61,550 nt of DNA, filler included, from an uncultured bacterium (GCA_964543115.1; 5 parts of 5 records of this genome joined end to end with filler, not necessarily neighbours in it); one strand, 5' to 3'. Shown: positions 11,501 through 19,094, numbered from the whole stretch's first letter. Numbers and translations: made by a program. Notes: generated by a model not told the origin, from the letters alone.

Positions 11501-12271
11501 GGCCTGGCTGTTAAGCATTTCCCACAACTCCGCCTGAACCTCAAGGAGCCTCGCCATAATATCCCGTTTCACTTCGGCAGACAGACGGTTCCGGCAGGAC
11601 CAGATTTTAGTAAACAACTTCGGTTCGTAATCAGCGGGCTGCTCAGAATTTCGCCTTTTTATCTTCTTCCTTGCTTTATTCTTCTTTTTCTTCTTCTCCG
11701 ATTTTTTCTGTTTATGCCTCTCTTTCTTCTTACTTTTCTTTTTTGCCAGGCCAAACATAAACGGAACCGCTCCCATTCCGGCTGACGCGACTAAATTTCC
11801 GCTTTCCGCGGGCGCAAAACCGGCGGCAATAAGCACCGCTGAAACAAGCGCTATCCATGTTAATGGTGTCTCTACATAATCCCCATAAATCCTCTTAAGA
11901 GAACGCCATCTTTTCAATCCGGAGACTTCTTTCTCCCTGAATGTCACTTTCCGGCTCACTCCCACAACACCGCCGGCAAAACTCTTGGCATCGCCGAATG
12001 AGTCATAATTGCGCATCTGCAGATACGGAGTAACTATTTTACTACGCAAATGGCTTTCAACCATTGTCGGATCTTGCCCTTCGGCCATTTTTTGTTCTTC
12101 TACCTCTACAAGTTTTTCAAGCATCGCGAAAAACGGCCCAGATCCCATCACCGCTTTTTCTTCTCTTGTCAGCGACCGCCAAAATCTGTCTATTTCATCG
12201 CCCAGCTCCTTGCCGCGGATAAAGTTTTCATATAGCAGCTTATCGTTTCTTAAAATTATATCTTCTTCTTC
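2507..12271 (-). CDS. Giant multidomain membrane-anchored protein, >3250 aa, 5'-truncated at contig end
   Basis: ORF track gives 3214 aa; the frame is open upstream to the gap (EEEDIILRNDK...). Contains a TM pair plus Lys-rich tract (11651-11746), a kinase-like segment (GDGAESAVFKV, ~10250-11000), ~8 hydrophobic helices (~9190-10030), a DHH-like domain (FDHHF 8951-8959, NHLDQD), HEAWGH (7475-7492), HEETH (6059-6073), then TPR-like and coiled-coil regions. Confidence 0.85.
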   Translation of the reverse strand, partial: EEEDIILRNDKLLYENFIRGKELGDEIDRFWRSLTREEKAVMGSGPFFAMLEKLVEVEEQKMAEGQDPTMVESHLRSKIVTPYLQMRNYDSFGDAKSFAGGVVGVSRKVTFREKEVSGLKRWRSLKRIYGDYVETPLTWIALVSAVLIAAGFAPAESGNLVASAGMGAVPFMFGLAKKKSKKKERHKQKKSEKKKKKNKARKKIKRRNSEQPADYEPKLFTKIWSCRNRLSAEVKRDIMARLLEVQAELWEMLNSQAVQENLIRENVFTKEEVMLLVEFFAGRVSLESKMSPKDFWGGLYYLLSVKGRGNDLRTPGVAEGISLLKNEMAGGRTLLEKVVFTSDRTEGNVWGGEVLVSVGAKMITEMPWHYDLREYNDLPLIVIRDAVLDMLFRDNGMILGQHLEKFLERKVDVGSAVEWIWLHRDGDGAESAVFKVQVRLTSGEEVCFGIISAKNSLLGSQLVDNDARNLMLVRNLYERFNREEGTNLPPEVSEVYHRGYGQCVYQDRMNLISMFTVEWLADEYAIYSDLDKGVRVIYKCTFPQLRALDVAVSEKIRQRTIMTAVTIFELTGIDEPGGEKIARMYDFKGDIVADVDKQGEVKTMYLITLPYFMNDPDSEAGRLGGDRKGIRYLQELIRRYGLENAAREERYLLLLLHLLNMETDAEVINGDGVTEYFLYKIYPEPETVFAGVTEALIRMYGREEGIQRAQDIFKRFAEKETEYQEAAKSYLVGLEGNREKDEGKKIPGYIVAMLAPAGFLAAMCGLPKPAFAAWTHGGFEFWSNLWTATNMLLTLIFMPVLIVLCELLPEKYRIFEVDEDSSWDRKALPALMFAVVVVTGVLLFSGKMGLEFPVIIGISLYYIAKVFLDAGEKGIAKKKSVFYRPAIISSGLSLIAYFNSNAFSWFLRPLEDSLLVLIPWYLNDFLAVPLFVLFTPILLRTIRNIANWETIPANNFSDFISGKVPADSTETANLFLDPQKALYQTAFFWAAALSVVCEFFGIMSTSDVWDVVMYFAGAFIFVSVLTAVSDGPDREDYLEDKIVDLEGKYIGKSTICVPTEEFEEVYAELARQGVETVVTVDCHSPECDNSVNIRQIGQTQVYTFDHHFLDEELREQTATSLVVNHLSNLSPREREELLPRLQTAVFVQNHLDQDNIIAQWIIRNWDTLNEKELDYLLALVAYSDHFVMPLRYAQDELKCRELKLFNRILWAIINKENGLVMPFDDLLANFADLFYLAFTEDITEMPVISSGDYSINVAELADDTEKIKRQKIEIDAQGIAMMVVNEEMDNHDFSGYLTEKYDDRVKVAINAYVVPDGYNVRIRLLDLANGLDLAKAWRALNREEGRDIWRGRSGALSCYGHGPSRLTPEVIREVVRDTLFAPVSARGLGKLRSPVAVGNPYRVQKLLLHELLEMIEDQNIDRQAVVEAIGQAFVKIEKEDSTDLLLQDIIRNHVYEQLLNNLNSVVVAENYSNLLLEKMREVRGKGLASLEKFAQILGAAEVQADLSTAVRVPVKRLKLKNTQRFDLAGQPAAEFREMVMAEVGGQVNVHNNFIHNLGVIASRNNIRIRVQFPGMTKPVTTSILHTLFYALALHEAWGHLQPDLSLDPDEQNALMSSGRKYRTLNLAVLFWYFNFFSSRRTDYNESEIVEKMEEFFDPEFNPELKWLEQKTKRRIIAIVWAVQKAWQTDKKVIGFRINEIHPGGEKPKSVRRESVLEDIAGLGLPEMEVGRILELVKQFSKSGPEQDLYLAEKLLAWARYGGKRTLSYRQTEAYYEFQLSLRRALEYLKKGKIKDANELYQQMQKIDPRGSIGIATEFSGELNCLLRQIFYFYDFAQSDRKQQLRIMKELLAEEEERKKKVMDLGANEMRLANYEREAAGKDVFPYLFYPLDKLEGCRGILQLLGREFPVELHGRIRALRDFIKKRDDGLYRETEKCLQAGDIAGAKRYVSRIRNCNIRAQVLGRLHLEMVKLVEGETKSRLIHLPLYLWRGFRQKLTAALAAGEISPAVYELAVIEGQGIGRLEDDLIIIEEEIIPLLVDFLNDVLPKTKRERLTPEDVIEYISYHEETHSLIQRNFLSKIGEMFTLEDELGMFPEYNQALEEMKEWFINNYGEQYKEERICLEEMVVTYITERDLLGRENILLRDKTRPRKALMPVSSIFRPHFEYLRLMVNQCRLAEYIETVQARNEDIDRDYVGKLAGILKGIINNRSKRRKILDYGFLTEEEIEVISLDTISAQLLLLEDSPTAGMEVDALSRKFRLFEERMLTAGKKKDLTNLTLWLKRYAFLIFMLQKHFREDEALTHINAFEKICLEYQNRLRFDPAELRKLPQWYAKVVYFLKGRSLVPLGAELEWEMKGTGMPLLVEGQHCLENWIKYVDCLGLQEETTVDAANFFIGWTYFIIHEYEKAGERFAGTRMERYAPLSNIFKLASSVCVNLEKGDFALVHADLAACIAIMKINKENMEMGLDSLAEALCYLQEDRQELLCKQLFPLLDEKTIIKFLYYLLSYGLGVKEMLLLYVNLAGKMEVVSILSLLDKICHFDSIHRAEKKPETFSLASVNARFDPVYLKQEAMAEIEEYARRSLKEMRKDSLIMIKEEDFSSDLLRKLLGEKKQQLKSELEGACRERGLTAGAIEKLWQGYEAKPDYEKLLADVDRIKSMVHSGVAGIRSAYGRMLVFSEEEEVELLNDFFLDQGAPGREEWVNKKIEEVVRGKISALLKKLSVLGVEISYEWDNAKDVEENRSLLAGELASVSETITEETGEYLDLAESNLADLNIKDAEEMILWAEENILKLRGTAVLLAQGITAIEERQDRLEDLCGRTREVLKEFARTEKNPVLIQRERRYEALLSAVKVANYPEALAGKITEAQRKVVEEIAIMRAFISEEYSRLLEEYGLSADEIDSWQVDVFLGDLNEEGLKRYLKSFALSKCRRRLRYLEGKVRVLEKSELSEETIMAVGREIAEVRSMIPAQIRPDLSAEYSSLEEEFSNLRLLFGRFKILQRRFPEFGAKRLTNILRRHKDKNADFVTALILSDSSLRKSGVVKVDPLNRAVYTDNLLLLDLAQMDAGNVRSVFITIKIEHIKIRDFSDLVVINADKKTEGEKSAILKMMLYNLLRLRDQRELSISIDGRPWNVWAGLCYYRSADRELVEDCQAYIKANVRNEYLSEVVLLGLGNAVYCVSAGYVDVWIIEDMDKVIHVRLIRDEDSFTLESVNPGKDFADFFSFVEKDTVALPVARAVTRGENLSDIDMCV

Positions 12272-12272
12272 G

Positions 12273-12372
12273 NNNNNNNNNNNNNNNNNNNNNNNNNNNN
12301 NNNNNNNNNNNNNNNNTTAATTAATTAANNNNNNNNNNNNNNNNNNNNNNNNNNNNNNNNNNNNNNNNNNNN
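12273..12372. other. Artificial contig-joining spacer
   Basis: 44 N + TTAATTAATTAA (stops in all six frames) + 44 N, identical at all four gaps. Confidence 0.98.
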
Positions 12373-12374
12373 AT

Positions 12375-15300
12375 GGTTTTCCCTCCCAGATCATCAGCAG
12401 TGTCGCGGCCGGTGATCATGGTGAGAATTTTGCGGCGGCCAGTGATCCGTTAACCATCGATATCCCTATGGATCCCGGCGGCTGGCTGGTGGTAACCAAA
12501 ACTGTAAACAAAAAACGGGTACAGAATGGGGAGATTGTTACCTATAACGTGAAGATCGAAAATAAACATTGGTATGAAGCGGTGACCCATGTGGAGCTAG
12601 CGGATGAAATTGTGAACGGGTTTAAATACGTTTCCGGCAGTACTTATCGGGGGTCTGGGCAGCTTGTTGATCCGGTAATTTCCGGCCGGAAGGTGTTGTT
12701 TGATCTGGGCACAATCAGAAAGCGGAGTACGGTAAATGTCAGCTATCAGTTCCGGGTGGGTACGGCAATCCCGCCGGGCCGTTACAAGGCCGCTGCCCAT
12801 ACCCGAAATATTGTCAGTAAGAACCGCAGCAGTAACATTGACAGCGCCAGCGTGGAAGTTACCGCGGACCCGCTGTTCACTCGGGGAACGATTATCGGTA
12901 AAGTATTTTGGGACCTAAACAGCAACGGTGTGCAGGATGCGAGGGATGAAATTGGTATTGCTGGAGTGAAAATATATACCGAGTATGGGGTATGTGTAAC
13001 AACCGACGAAGATGGCAAGTATCATATCGCTGACGTTCCGGCAGAGAATCATTTGCTGAAAGTTGATCCTGCAACACTGCCCCCGGATATGGAGTTTACG
13101 ACGGAAAATCCGTACTTTGTTAAAATAACGGAAGGCTTACTTGCTAAGGTCAATTTCGGGATAACACAGACCAACGCAGACCTAGAAGCAGACCAATCCG
13201 ACTACGCTAAAGCTTCGTCGGACAGGCGCGGACCGGAAGAAACCGTAGACAAAAAATCACAATCCAAAATTCAAAATGTTTTATCTCAGTTTTTCATTGT
13301 GGCCTTGGGGGAAGGGACGGTGCGGAATCTCAATACTTCCGGTAACATCAAGATGATGGATAAGGATGACCGCTATGATGATGGGGTGCGGGTAGACGGG
13401 CGGTTGGCATTTTATCTAAAGGGTACAGTATTGGGTAAATATCTCGTTAAGGCCTGTGTGGATACGGAACGGCTGCCGGGGGGGCGCTATCGCACTAAAG
13501 ATCTTTTTACCAATCTTGACCCGGATAAGTATTATCCGGTTTATGGTGATGCCTCGACGGTGGATTATGAAGGAGTGGATACGCAGGATGTGGCCTTTGT
13601 TTTAATTGCCTGGGACGAATCGTTTGCTAAATGGGGCAGTTTTAATACGGAAATGCCCTTTAATATTTATGAGCGAACACTTAGCGGCGGGATAGTAAAT
13701 TATGTCAGTGTGGGCAAGACCAAGTTCGGTGATCCCTGGACGGTGATTAAGGGGTTTGGCGCGGCCAGCCGGCAGCAGGCCGCCCATGATGAGTTTGTGG
13801 GTACGGGCGGCAGTCTGTACTATTTGCGGCATCAGGATGTGATTGAAGGCAGTGAGAAACTGCGGGTAGAGGTGCGGGATAGATTGAGTAAAAGTACAAT
13901 CAGCAGTATCCCGCTGGCGGAAGAAAAAGATTATGAAATAGATTATGATACGGGCCGGATCCTGCTGCAAAAGCCCTTAAACAGCGTACAGCAGGGCTAC
14001 AACAGCAGTATTATCAGTAATGACCTGTTAATGGGTGAACGGATATTCCTGGTGGTGGATTATGAATATTTAAGTACGGGTCTCAGTGAAAATGCCTGGG
14101 GCGGCCGGGCCAGCCAGCAGATCGGCCATCACGTAAGGGTAGGGGGCAGTTATGTGCAGGAACAGAAAGATGGGCCGAATTATGAAGTTTACAGCGGAGA
14201 CGCGACATTAAAGATTAATGAAGATACATCAGTAAACGTTTTTTACGGGCACAGTAAAGAGACCCAGCTGGGCAGCAGCAGCAGTTATGACGGCGGGTTA
14301 ACGTTCAGTAACCAGCTGGATACTTTTAGTAACGGCAAGACCGGTGAAGGTTACAGCATTAACGGCCGGACCAGGCTGTTTGATAATACCGATATCTATC
14401 TTTCACACAGCAAATATGATCCCTATTTCTCTATCAGTGACAGTATCAGCCAGCAGGGGACGGAGAAGTATATTGCCACTGTTTATAGTCAATTGACCCA
14501 GCATTTGGCGGTGGGCCTGAATCATCTGACCTCTAAGATTAAGGAAGAGACAACACCGATTGCCCAGCTAGGAGCCCGGGATGTGCATACTACTACGGGA
14601 ATACTGGATTACCGCCGGGGTAAGTGGGATTTAAGGGCGGAGTACCAGCATCAGGGAGTGCATAACCCGCAGACTGAATACACATATTTTGGTATGTTGC
14701 CTTTACAGGATAATGATTTTGTCGCCGGCCGGGTTGGCTATCAGTTTTTCAAGTGGTTACACATGTATGTGCGCGGTCAGGGCACTGTGCGGGGGCGGAC
14801 GGATAATCAGGGGACGGTGGGCGCGGATATCAGTATCTGGGATGATACTACGCTTAATGTTGCCGAGACGGTTGGGAACATGGGTGAGAGCACACTGGTA
14901 GGGGTGACCAGTAAGGTGACTGAAGGCACTGATGTGTATGCTAATCTGGAGGTGGGTAATCATATTCGCTTGGGCCGTTACGCGCGTACCGCTTACGGCC
15001 AGTCCAGTATGCTGAGTGAAACGAGCCGGGTGTATGTGGAAGAGGATTACAGCAGCTGGCAGGAGAATCTTGTCCGGGGAACGGTATTGGGGTATGAAGA
15101 AAAGATCAGTGAAACTTTTGCGTTAGGCTTGACCTATGAACGCAGTAATGTGGAGCGGAAATTTGACAGTAACGTGATTAACCGCGACGCGGGCAGTGTG
15201 AGCCTGACGTACCTGAACCCCGATGAGTTCTTTTTTAATACCAAAGGAGTGCAAGGGTTTAGTAAGCTAGAGCTGCGGAATGACCGGGGCACAAGTGAGG

Positions 15301-15923
15301 TGCGGCAGTGGGTGACGGAGAATGATCTGTTGTGGCGGTTAACGGAAGGATTGAGTGTAACCGGCAGGGGGAATTGGGGCTGGACAGAGGACCGGGACGC
15401 AAAGAAAGATGAAGCGGAGTTTTATGAAGTTGGCAGCGGATTCAGCCTGCGCCCGGTAAACTGGGACAAGTTGAATGTTCTGGGTAAGTACAGTTATTTA
15501 ACCAATCTGCCGCCTGATAGTCAGATAGATTTTATTGAGAAGACCGAGAGCCGGCGCCATGTATACGCGATTGAGGGATTATTTGATGTTTTAAAGTGGG
15601 TACAGCTAGTGGGCAAGGTGGCTTACCGGGACATGAAGGAAAAGGTGGGTTACAGGAGTTGGACCAATAGTGATACGTATCTGTATTTAGGGCGGGCGAA
15701 TTTTCATATCACGCGGGCCTGGGATATCGCGGCGGAATACCGTACATTAAGGAATAAACAGATAGAGGATAATAAGAGCGGCTGGCTGCTGGAAGTGGAC
15801 CGGGAGATCGGCAGGTTCATCCGTCTGGGTGTAGGCTATAACTTCACCGATTACGACGACGATTTACGAAATGATGATTATGATGCCAAAGGCTGGTTTG
15901 TCAGGATTAATGGCAAGTACTAG
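12375..15923 (+). CDS. Large outer-membrane protein: DUF11 Ig-like domain + SdrD-B-like domain + C-terminal beta-barrel; 5'-truncated
   Basis: LVVTKTVNKKRVQNGEIVTYNVKIEN (DUF11-type), GTIIGKVFWDLNSNGVQD (SdrD B-like), a long run of alternating amphipathic strands, and a C-terminal GWFVRINGKY beta-signal. The frame is open to the contig start. Confidence 0.8.
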   Translation, partial: GFPSQIISSVAAGDHGENFAAASDPLTIDIPMDPGGWLVVTKTVNKKRVQNGEIVTYNVKIENKHWYEAVTHVELADEIVNGFKYVSGSTYRGSGQLVDPVISGRKVLFDLGTIRKRSTVNVSYQFRVGTAIPPGRYKAAAHTRNIVSKNRSSNIDSASVEVTADPLFTRGTIIGKVFWDLNSNGVQDARDEIGIAGVKIYTEYGVCVTTDEDGKYHIADVPAENHLLKVDPATLPPDMEFTTENPYFVKITEGLLAKVNFGITQTNADLEADQSDYAKASSDRRGPEETVDKKSQSKIQNVLSQFFIVALGEGTVRNLNTSGNIKMMDKDDRYDDGVRVDGRLAFYLKGTVLGKYLVKACVDTERLPGGRYRTKDLFTNLDPDKYYPVYGDASTVDYEGVDTQDVAFVLIAWDESFAKWGSFNTEMPFNIYERTLSGGIVNYVSVGKTKFGDPWTVIKGFGAASRQQAAHDEFVGTGGSLYYLRHQDVIEGSEKLRVEVRDRLSKSTISSIPLAEEKDYEIDYDTGRILLQKPLNSVQQGYNSSIISNDLLMGERIFLVVDYEYLSTGLSENAWGGRASQQIGHHVRVGGSYVQEQKDGPNYEVYSGDATLKINEDTSVNVFYGHSKETQLGSSSSYDGGLTFSNQLDTFSNGKTGEGYSINGRTRLFDNTDIYLSHSKYDPYFSISDSISQQGTEKYIATVYSQLTQHLAVGLNHLTSKIKEETTPIAQLGARDVHTTTGILDYRRGKWDLRAEYQHQGVHNPQTEYTYFGMLPLQDNDFVAGRVGYQFFKWLHMYVRGQGTVRGRTDNQGTVGADISIWDDTTLNVAETVGNMGESTLVGVTSKVTEGTDVYANLEVGNHIRLGRYARTAYGQSSMLSETSRVYVEEDYSSWQENLVRGTVLGYEEKISETFALGLTYERSNVERKFDSNVINRDAGSVSLTYLNPDEFFFNTKGVQGFSKLELRNDRGTSEVRQWVTENDLLWRLTEGLSVTGRGNWGWTEDRDAKKDEAEFYEVGSGFSLRPVNWDKLNVLGKYSYLTNLPPDSQIDFIEKTESRRHVYAIEGLFDVLKWVQLVGKVAYRDMKEKVGYRSWTNSDTYLYLGRANFHITRAWDIAAEYRTLRNKQIEDNKSGWLLEVDREIGRFIRLGVGYNFTDYDDDLRNDDYDAKGWFVRINGKY

Positions 15924-15967
15924 CATTATAATAAGAGGAGCAGTCCCATCCTATAAGTATATTAATT

Positions 15968-16048
15968 GAATGGGACGACGACGACCTCCGCAACGAAGAC
16001 AAATGGGACAGTAAGGGCTGGTTTGTTAGGGTTAACGGAAAATATTAA
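15968..16048 (+). pseudogene. Orphan diverged copy of the barrel gene's 3' end
   Basis: Translates EWDDDDLRNEDKWDSKGWFVRVNGKY*, versus DYDDDLRNDDYDAKGWFVRINGKY* of the upstream gene. It is in a different frame, has no start codon, and has an in-frame TAA at 15932. Confidence 0.8.
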
Positions 16049-16053
16049 TTGTA

Positions 16054-16105
16054 GTAGGGGCCGGGCCTGCCCGGCCCATTGTAGCCGGGCCTGCCCGGCC
16101 CCTAC
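16054..16105. repeat. GTAG-type REP-like palindromic doublet
   Basis: GTAGGGGCCGGGCCTGCCCGGCCC-ATT-GTAGCCGGGCCTGCCCGGCCCCTAC: two copies of CCGGGCCTGCCCGGCCC, and the outer ends GTAGGGGCCGGG/CCCGGCCCCTAC are complementary. Confidence 0.65.
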
Positions 16106-16132
16106 AAAAAAATAACAAAAAATGTATATATA

Positions 16133-16513
16133 ATGACAGATCAGAAGATTATCAGTATTACGATTCTCTCTGGATGTATCATTGTTTTTTTGCTATCATG
16201 GGGGACGGCCTTATGGGCGGCATCCGGGCATTTTAATTGTTTGGTAAAAGAGTATATTGGTATTCCCTGTCCCCTGTGTGGATTAAGCGGCGGGTTCAAA
16301 TATCTGATTCAGGGCGCGGTTGGGCCGGCTTTTTTTGCCAGTCCTTTGTCCGTTTTTTTTGGTCTTTCTTTTTTATTTATTATTCTTCTTAGTGTTTATT
16401 GTTTAATTGTAAATTCGAATCGGATGTGGCTGGTTGTTCCCTGGCGGATTTTTTTCTGTCTGACGGGAGCGGTTATTCTGTTGTTGTGGATATATAAAGT
16501 CAAAAGCGCTTAA
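16133..16513 (+). CDS. DUF2752-like membrane protein
   Basis: C-x8-CPLCGLS motif between hydrophobic helices. Confidence 0.8.
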   Translation: MTDQKIISITILSGCIIVFLLSWGTALWAASGHFNCLVKEYIGIPCPLCGLSGGFKYLIQGAVGPAFFASPLSVFFGLSFLFIILLSVYCLIVNSNRMWLVVPWRIFFCLTGAVILLLWIYKVKSA

Positions 16514-16518
16514 AGGAG

Positions 16519-17133
16519 GTGGGTATGGCTTTAAAATTTGGGGATGTTTATAAGTTTCCGTTTAAGGACAAGAAATGGTGGGTGAAGATGTTAATCAGCA
16601 TAGTGCCGATTGCTAATCTTGGTTATCTCCTCCGGGTGTTAGCGGATGCCAAGGAAGGAAAAGAGGCGGTAATGCCGGAATGGGAAAAATGGGAAGATTT
16701 ATTTAAAAATGGTGTAATGGTGCTGGTGATTACTGTTATTTTTCTTGTTCCGATAATTGTTCTTAATCTGCTGGGGGTGGCGCCGGTTATCGGCCTGCTT
16801 TTCAGGCTGCTGGCCATCGCCGCGGGAGTGTTTTTTGGGCCGATTGTTTCTATTGCCCTTTGCCGCTATGTTGAAAGCAAGCAATTGAAAGATGCGTTCA
16901 ATTTTCAGGCATTGCTTGATAAATTCAAGGCGAATATTAAAGATTATCTTTTGGTGTCTGTAATCTTTATGGTGCTTCTGGGAATACTCTCTGTTATTGC
17001 CTTTGCCTCAATATTTACCATTTGTCTTTTCCCGCTGATATTTCTTTGCGTCTTTTATGTTAGTTTCTATCTTAAACTGATTGCGATCAGATTATACGGG
17101 GAAATATACAGGAACCAGGGAACATCGGCGTAA
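16519..17133 (+). CDS. DUF4013-like membrane protein
   Basis: FPFKDKKWWVKMLI...GYLLRV...MPEWEKWEDLF pattern, several TM helices, AAGGAGG RBS. Confidence 0.8.
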   Translation: MGMALKFGDVYKFPFKDKKWWVKMLISIVPIANLGYLLRVLADAKEGKEAVMPEWEKWEDLFKNGVMVLVITVIFLVPIIVLNLLGVAPVIGLLFRLLAIAAGVFFGPIVSIALCRYVESKQLKDAFNFQALLDKFKANIKDYLLVSVIFMVLLGILSVIAFASIFTICLFPLIFLCVFYVSFYLKLIAIRLYGEIYRNQGTSA

Positions 17134-17155
17134 GCCATTAGGGAAGTTATCATGT

Positions 17156-17190
17156 AGAGAGCCCGTCCGGAGGACGGGCTCTCTTTAATT
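17156..17190 (+). terminator. Intrinsic terminator-like hairpin
   Basis: AGAGAGCCCGTCC-GGA-GGACGGGCTCTCT (13-bp perfect stem) followed by a T/A-rich tail, after the 17133 stop. Confidence 0.65.
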
Positions 17191-17211
17191 AATTGATTTG
17201 CGGAGTGAGTC

Positions 17212-17775
17212 GTGAAACTATTTGTTTTTGTGATAATTTTGCAACTTTTGTGCCTGTCTCCGGGCTGGGCGGAGACCGATGATATTCTGGCTGAGGCCGG
17301 GGCTTTGGCCAAAGAGGGAGAGTATCAGGGGGCCTATAAACTTTTGTTGAAAGAGGTCGAAAGACTAAAGAAAGAAAACAAGAATGTTAATGGTGTCCTC
17401 CAGCATTACAAAGATGAACTAAGCAAATTGAAGGATGAGAAGTATCCTGTCGTAGGGCATGATTATAATAAGGCGGCAAACAGATTGTGGGCCAGTGCCT
17501 GGCGGAACCAGCATGATGGGGTATTTAAGAAAACCGGTAGAGAGAAAGAAGAAGCGCTGAATAAGGCAGTTGCTCTTTATAAAAGAATAGTTATCGATTA
17601 TCCGCATGCCGATAAAGCGGAAGAGGCGCAGTATCGAGCCGGACGGGTGTATTACAAATTTCTTAAAGAATATAAGCCGGCTGAGAAAGAATTGCAGAGA
17701 TATCTGAATCACTATCCTAAGGGTAAGTATGCCAGTGATGCCAACAGTATGCTGAGGCGGATAAGGGGCGAATGA
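17212..17775 (+). CDS. Exported coiled-coil + TPR protein (YbgF/BamD-like TPR repeats)
   Basis: Signal peptide (..PGWA), coiled coil, TPR pattern ALYKRIVIDYPHADKAEEAQYRAG...ELQRYLNHYPKGKY. Confidence 0.75.
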   Translation: MKLFVFVIILQLLCLSPGWAETDDILAEAGALAKEGEYQGAYKLLLKEVERLKKENKNVNGVLQHYKDELSKLKDEKYPVVGHDYNKAANRLWASAWRNQHDGVFKKTGREKEEALNKAVALYKRIVIDYPHADKAEEAQYRAGRVYYKFLKEYKPAEKELQRYLNHYPKGKYASDANSMLRRIRGE

Positions 17776-18353
17776 AGAAATATTTGATTGCCTTAGCGCT
17801 GTTATTCTTACTGTTGTTTCTGGTTGGCGCGCCGGTACGGTATGTTTATGCGCCCCTGCAGTACAGGGCATTAGTAAAAGAATATGCCGAGCGTTACCAA
17901 TTGGATTGGCTGCTGGTGGCGTCAATAGTTTATCATGAGAGCAGGTTCCGCGCTCAGGTTGTCAGCCCCCGGGGCGCGCGCGGATTAATGCAGATCATGC
18001 CCGCGACAGGAGAAGAGATTGCCAGAAAACTCGGGCAGGAGAGATTTGTTACGGCAGATCTTTTTAAGCCCCGGATTAATCTGGATTTTGGCTGTTATTA
18101 TTTCAGTAAATTGTTAGCGGAATTTAACGGGGATGTAAAAATGTCCCTGGCGGCTTATAATGCCGGCCGCGGCAGTGTCTATCGTTGGTGCAAACAAAGT
18201 TCGGGGAAACTTTCTTATCCCGCCAGCAAAAGGTATCAGGCAACATATAGCGATATAAGCAGTGAAATTTATCCGGAAACAAGACGATACGTACAGCGGG
18301 TTTGCGGGACATACCAGCTGTTAGGTGCTCTGAATAAGATATGGAAGCTCTGA
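17772..18353 (+). CDS. Lytic transglycosylase (SLT domain)
   Basis: IVYHESRF (catalytic Glu), SPRGARGLMQIMPATG, AAYNAG motifs; N-terminal TM anchor. Confidence 0.93.
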   Translation: MKKYLIALALLFLLLFLVGAPVRYVYAPLQYRALVKEYAERYQLDWLLVASIVYHESRFRAQVVSPRGARGLMQIMPATGEEIARKLGQERFVTADLFKPRINLDFGCYYFSKLLAEFNGDVKMSLAAYNAGRGSVYRWCKQSSGKLSYPASKRYQATYSDISSEIYPETRRYVQRVCGTYQLLGALNKIWKL

Positions 18354-18754
18354 TCCTGATAGACGGCTATAATGTTATTTATAAGTGGCGTTCAATGGCT
18401 TGTTATCAGGGGAATGTGGAATTGGCCCGGGACAGATTTCTGGGGATGATTTCTAATTATCAGGGATATGTAGGCAAAGAGATAAAGGTGGTTTTTGACA
18501 GTTCGGCGAAGGAGGGAAGGGATGACCTGCCGGGACCGAAAAATATAGAAGTAGTCTTTGTTGCCAGGGGAATAACAGCGGATACATATATTGAGCGGTT
18601 GGTGTATGCGGATAATAATCCTTCCCGGATCATGGTGATTACCTCGGACCGGCTGGAAAAAATGATGGTAGCCGAAAAAGGGGCCGCTGTTATGTCACCG
18701 GAATATTTTGAACAGGAGGTAGAGAGAGTATGTCAGGACGGAGAGCAATTATGA
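18341..18754 (+). CDS. NYN/PIN-domain protein (YacP-like)
   Basis: LIDGYNVI, VVFD, TADTYIERL, VITSD motifs. Confidence 0.88.
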   Translation: MEALILIDGYNVIYKWRSMACYQGNVELARDRFLGMISNYQGYVGKEIKVVFDSSAKEGRDDLPGPKNIEVVFVARGITADTYIERLVYADNNPSRIMVITSDRLEKMMVAEKGAAVMSPEYFEQEVERVCQDGEQL

Positions 18755-19062
18755 GAAGATTAATCGGGTTGGCTTTAGCGGGGTTAAGTTGTTTTTTTAT
18801 GCTGGTGAGTGTCGGCCGGGGTGAGGAAGAGATTCTGCATGGGCAAATACAGGCGATTAATAAGAAATTTGATTTTGTTATTATTGATATTGGTTCTGAA
18901 AACGGCGTTAAAGAAGGAATGGTTTTTATGGTTCACCGGAAAAAGAAGCTCTTGGGCAAGGTGCGGGTGGAAGAGGCGTATCCCCGGATGAGTTCTTGTC
19001 TTAATCTGCCGGCGTGGCAGCAGGGCAAGTTCCGCGAGGATGATGGAGTGATTTTAGAATAG
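18751..19062 (+). CDS. Small exported beta-rich protein, FlgT C-terminal-like
   Basis: Probable start ATG 18751 overlaps the upstream TGA (ATGA). Signal peptide, then FVIIDIGSENGVKEGMVFMV...GKVRVEEAY. Confidence 0.6.
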   Translation: MRRLIGLALAGLSCFFMLVSVGRGEEEILHGQIQAINKKFDFVIIDIGSENGVKEGMVFMVHRKKKLLGKVRVEEAYPRMSSCLNLPAWQQGKFREDDGVILE

Positions 19063-19094
19063 GTTTTTTATATTGGCAAAAGAGAGGTACATTT

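Noticed and set aside
17212..17775. Calling the TPR protein BamD
   Set aside because: It lacks a lipobox, is short and includes a coiled coil; only a generic TPR call is supported.
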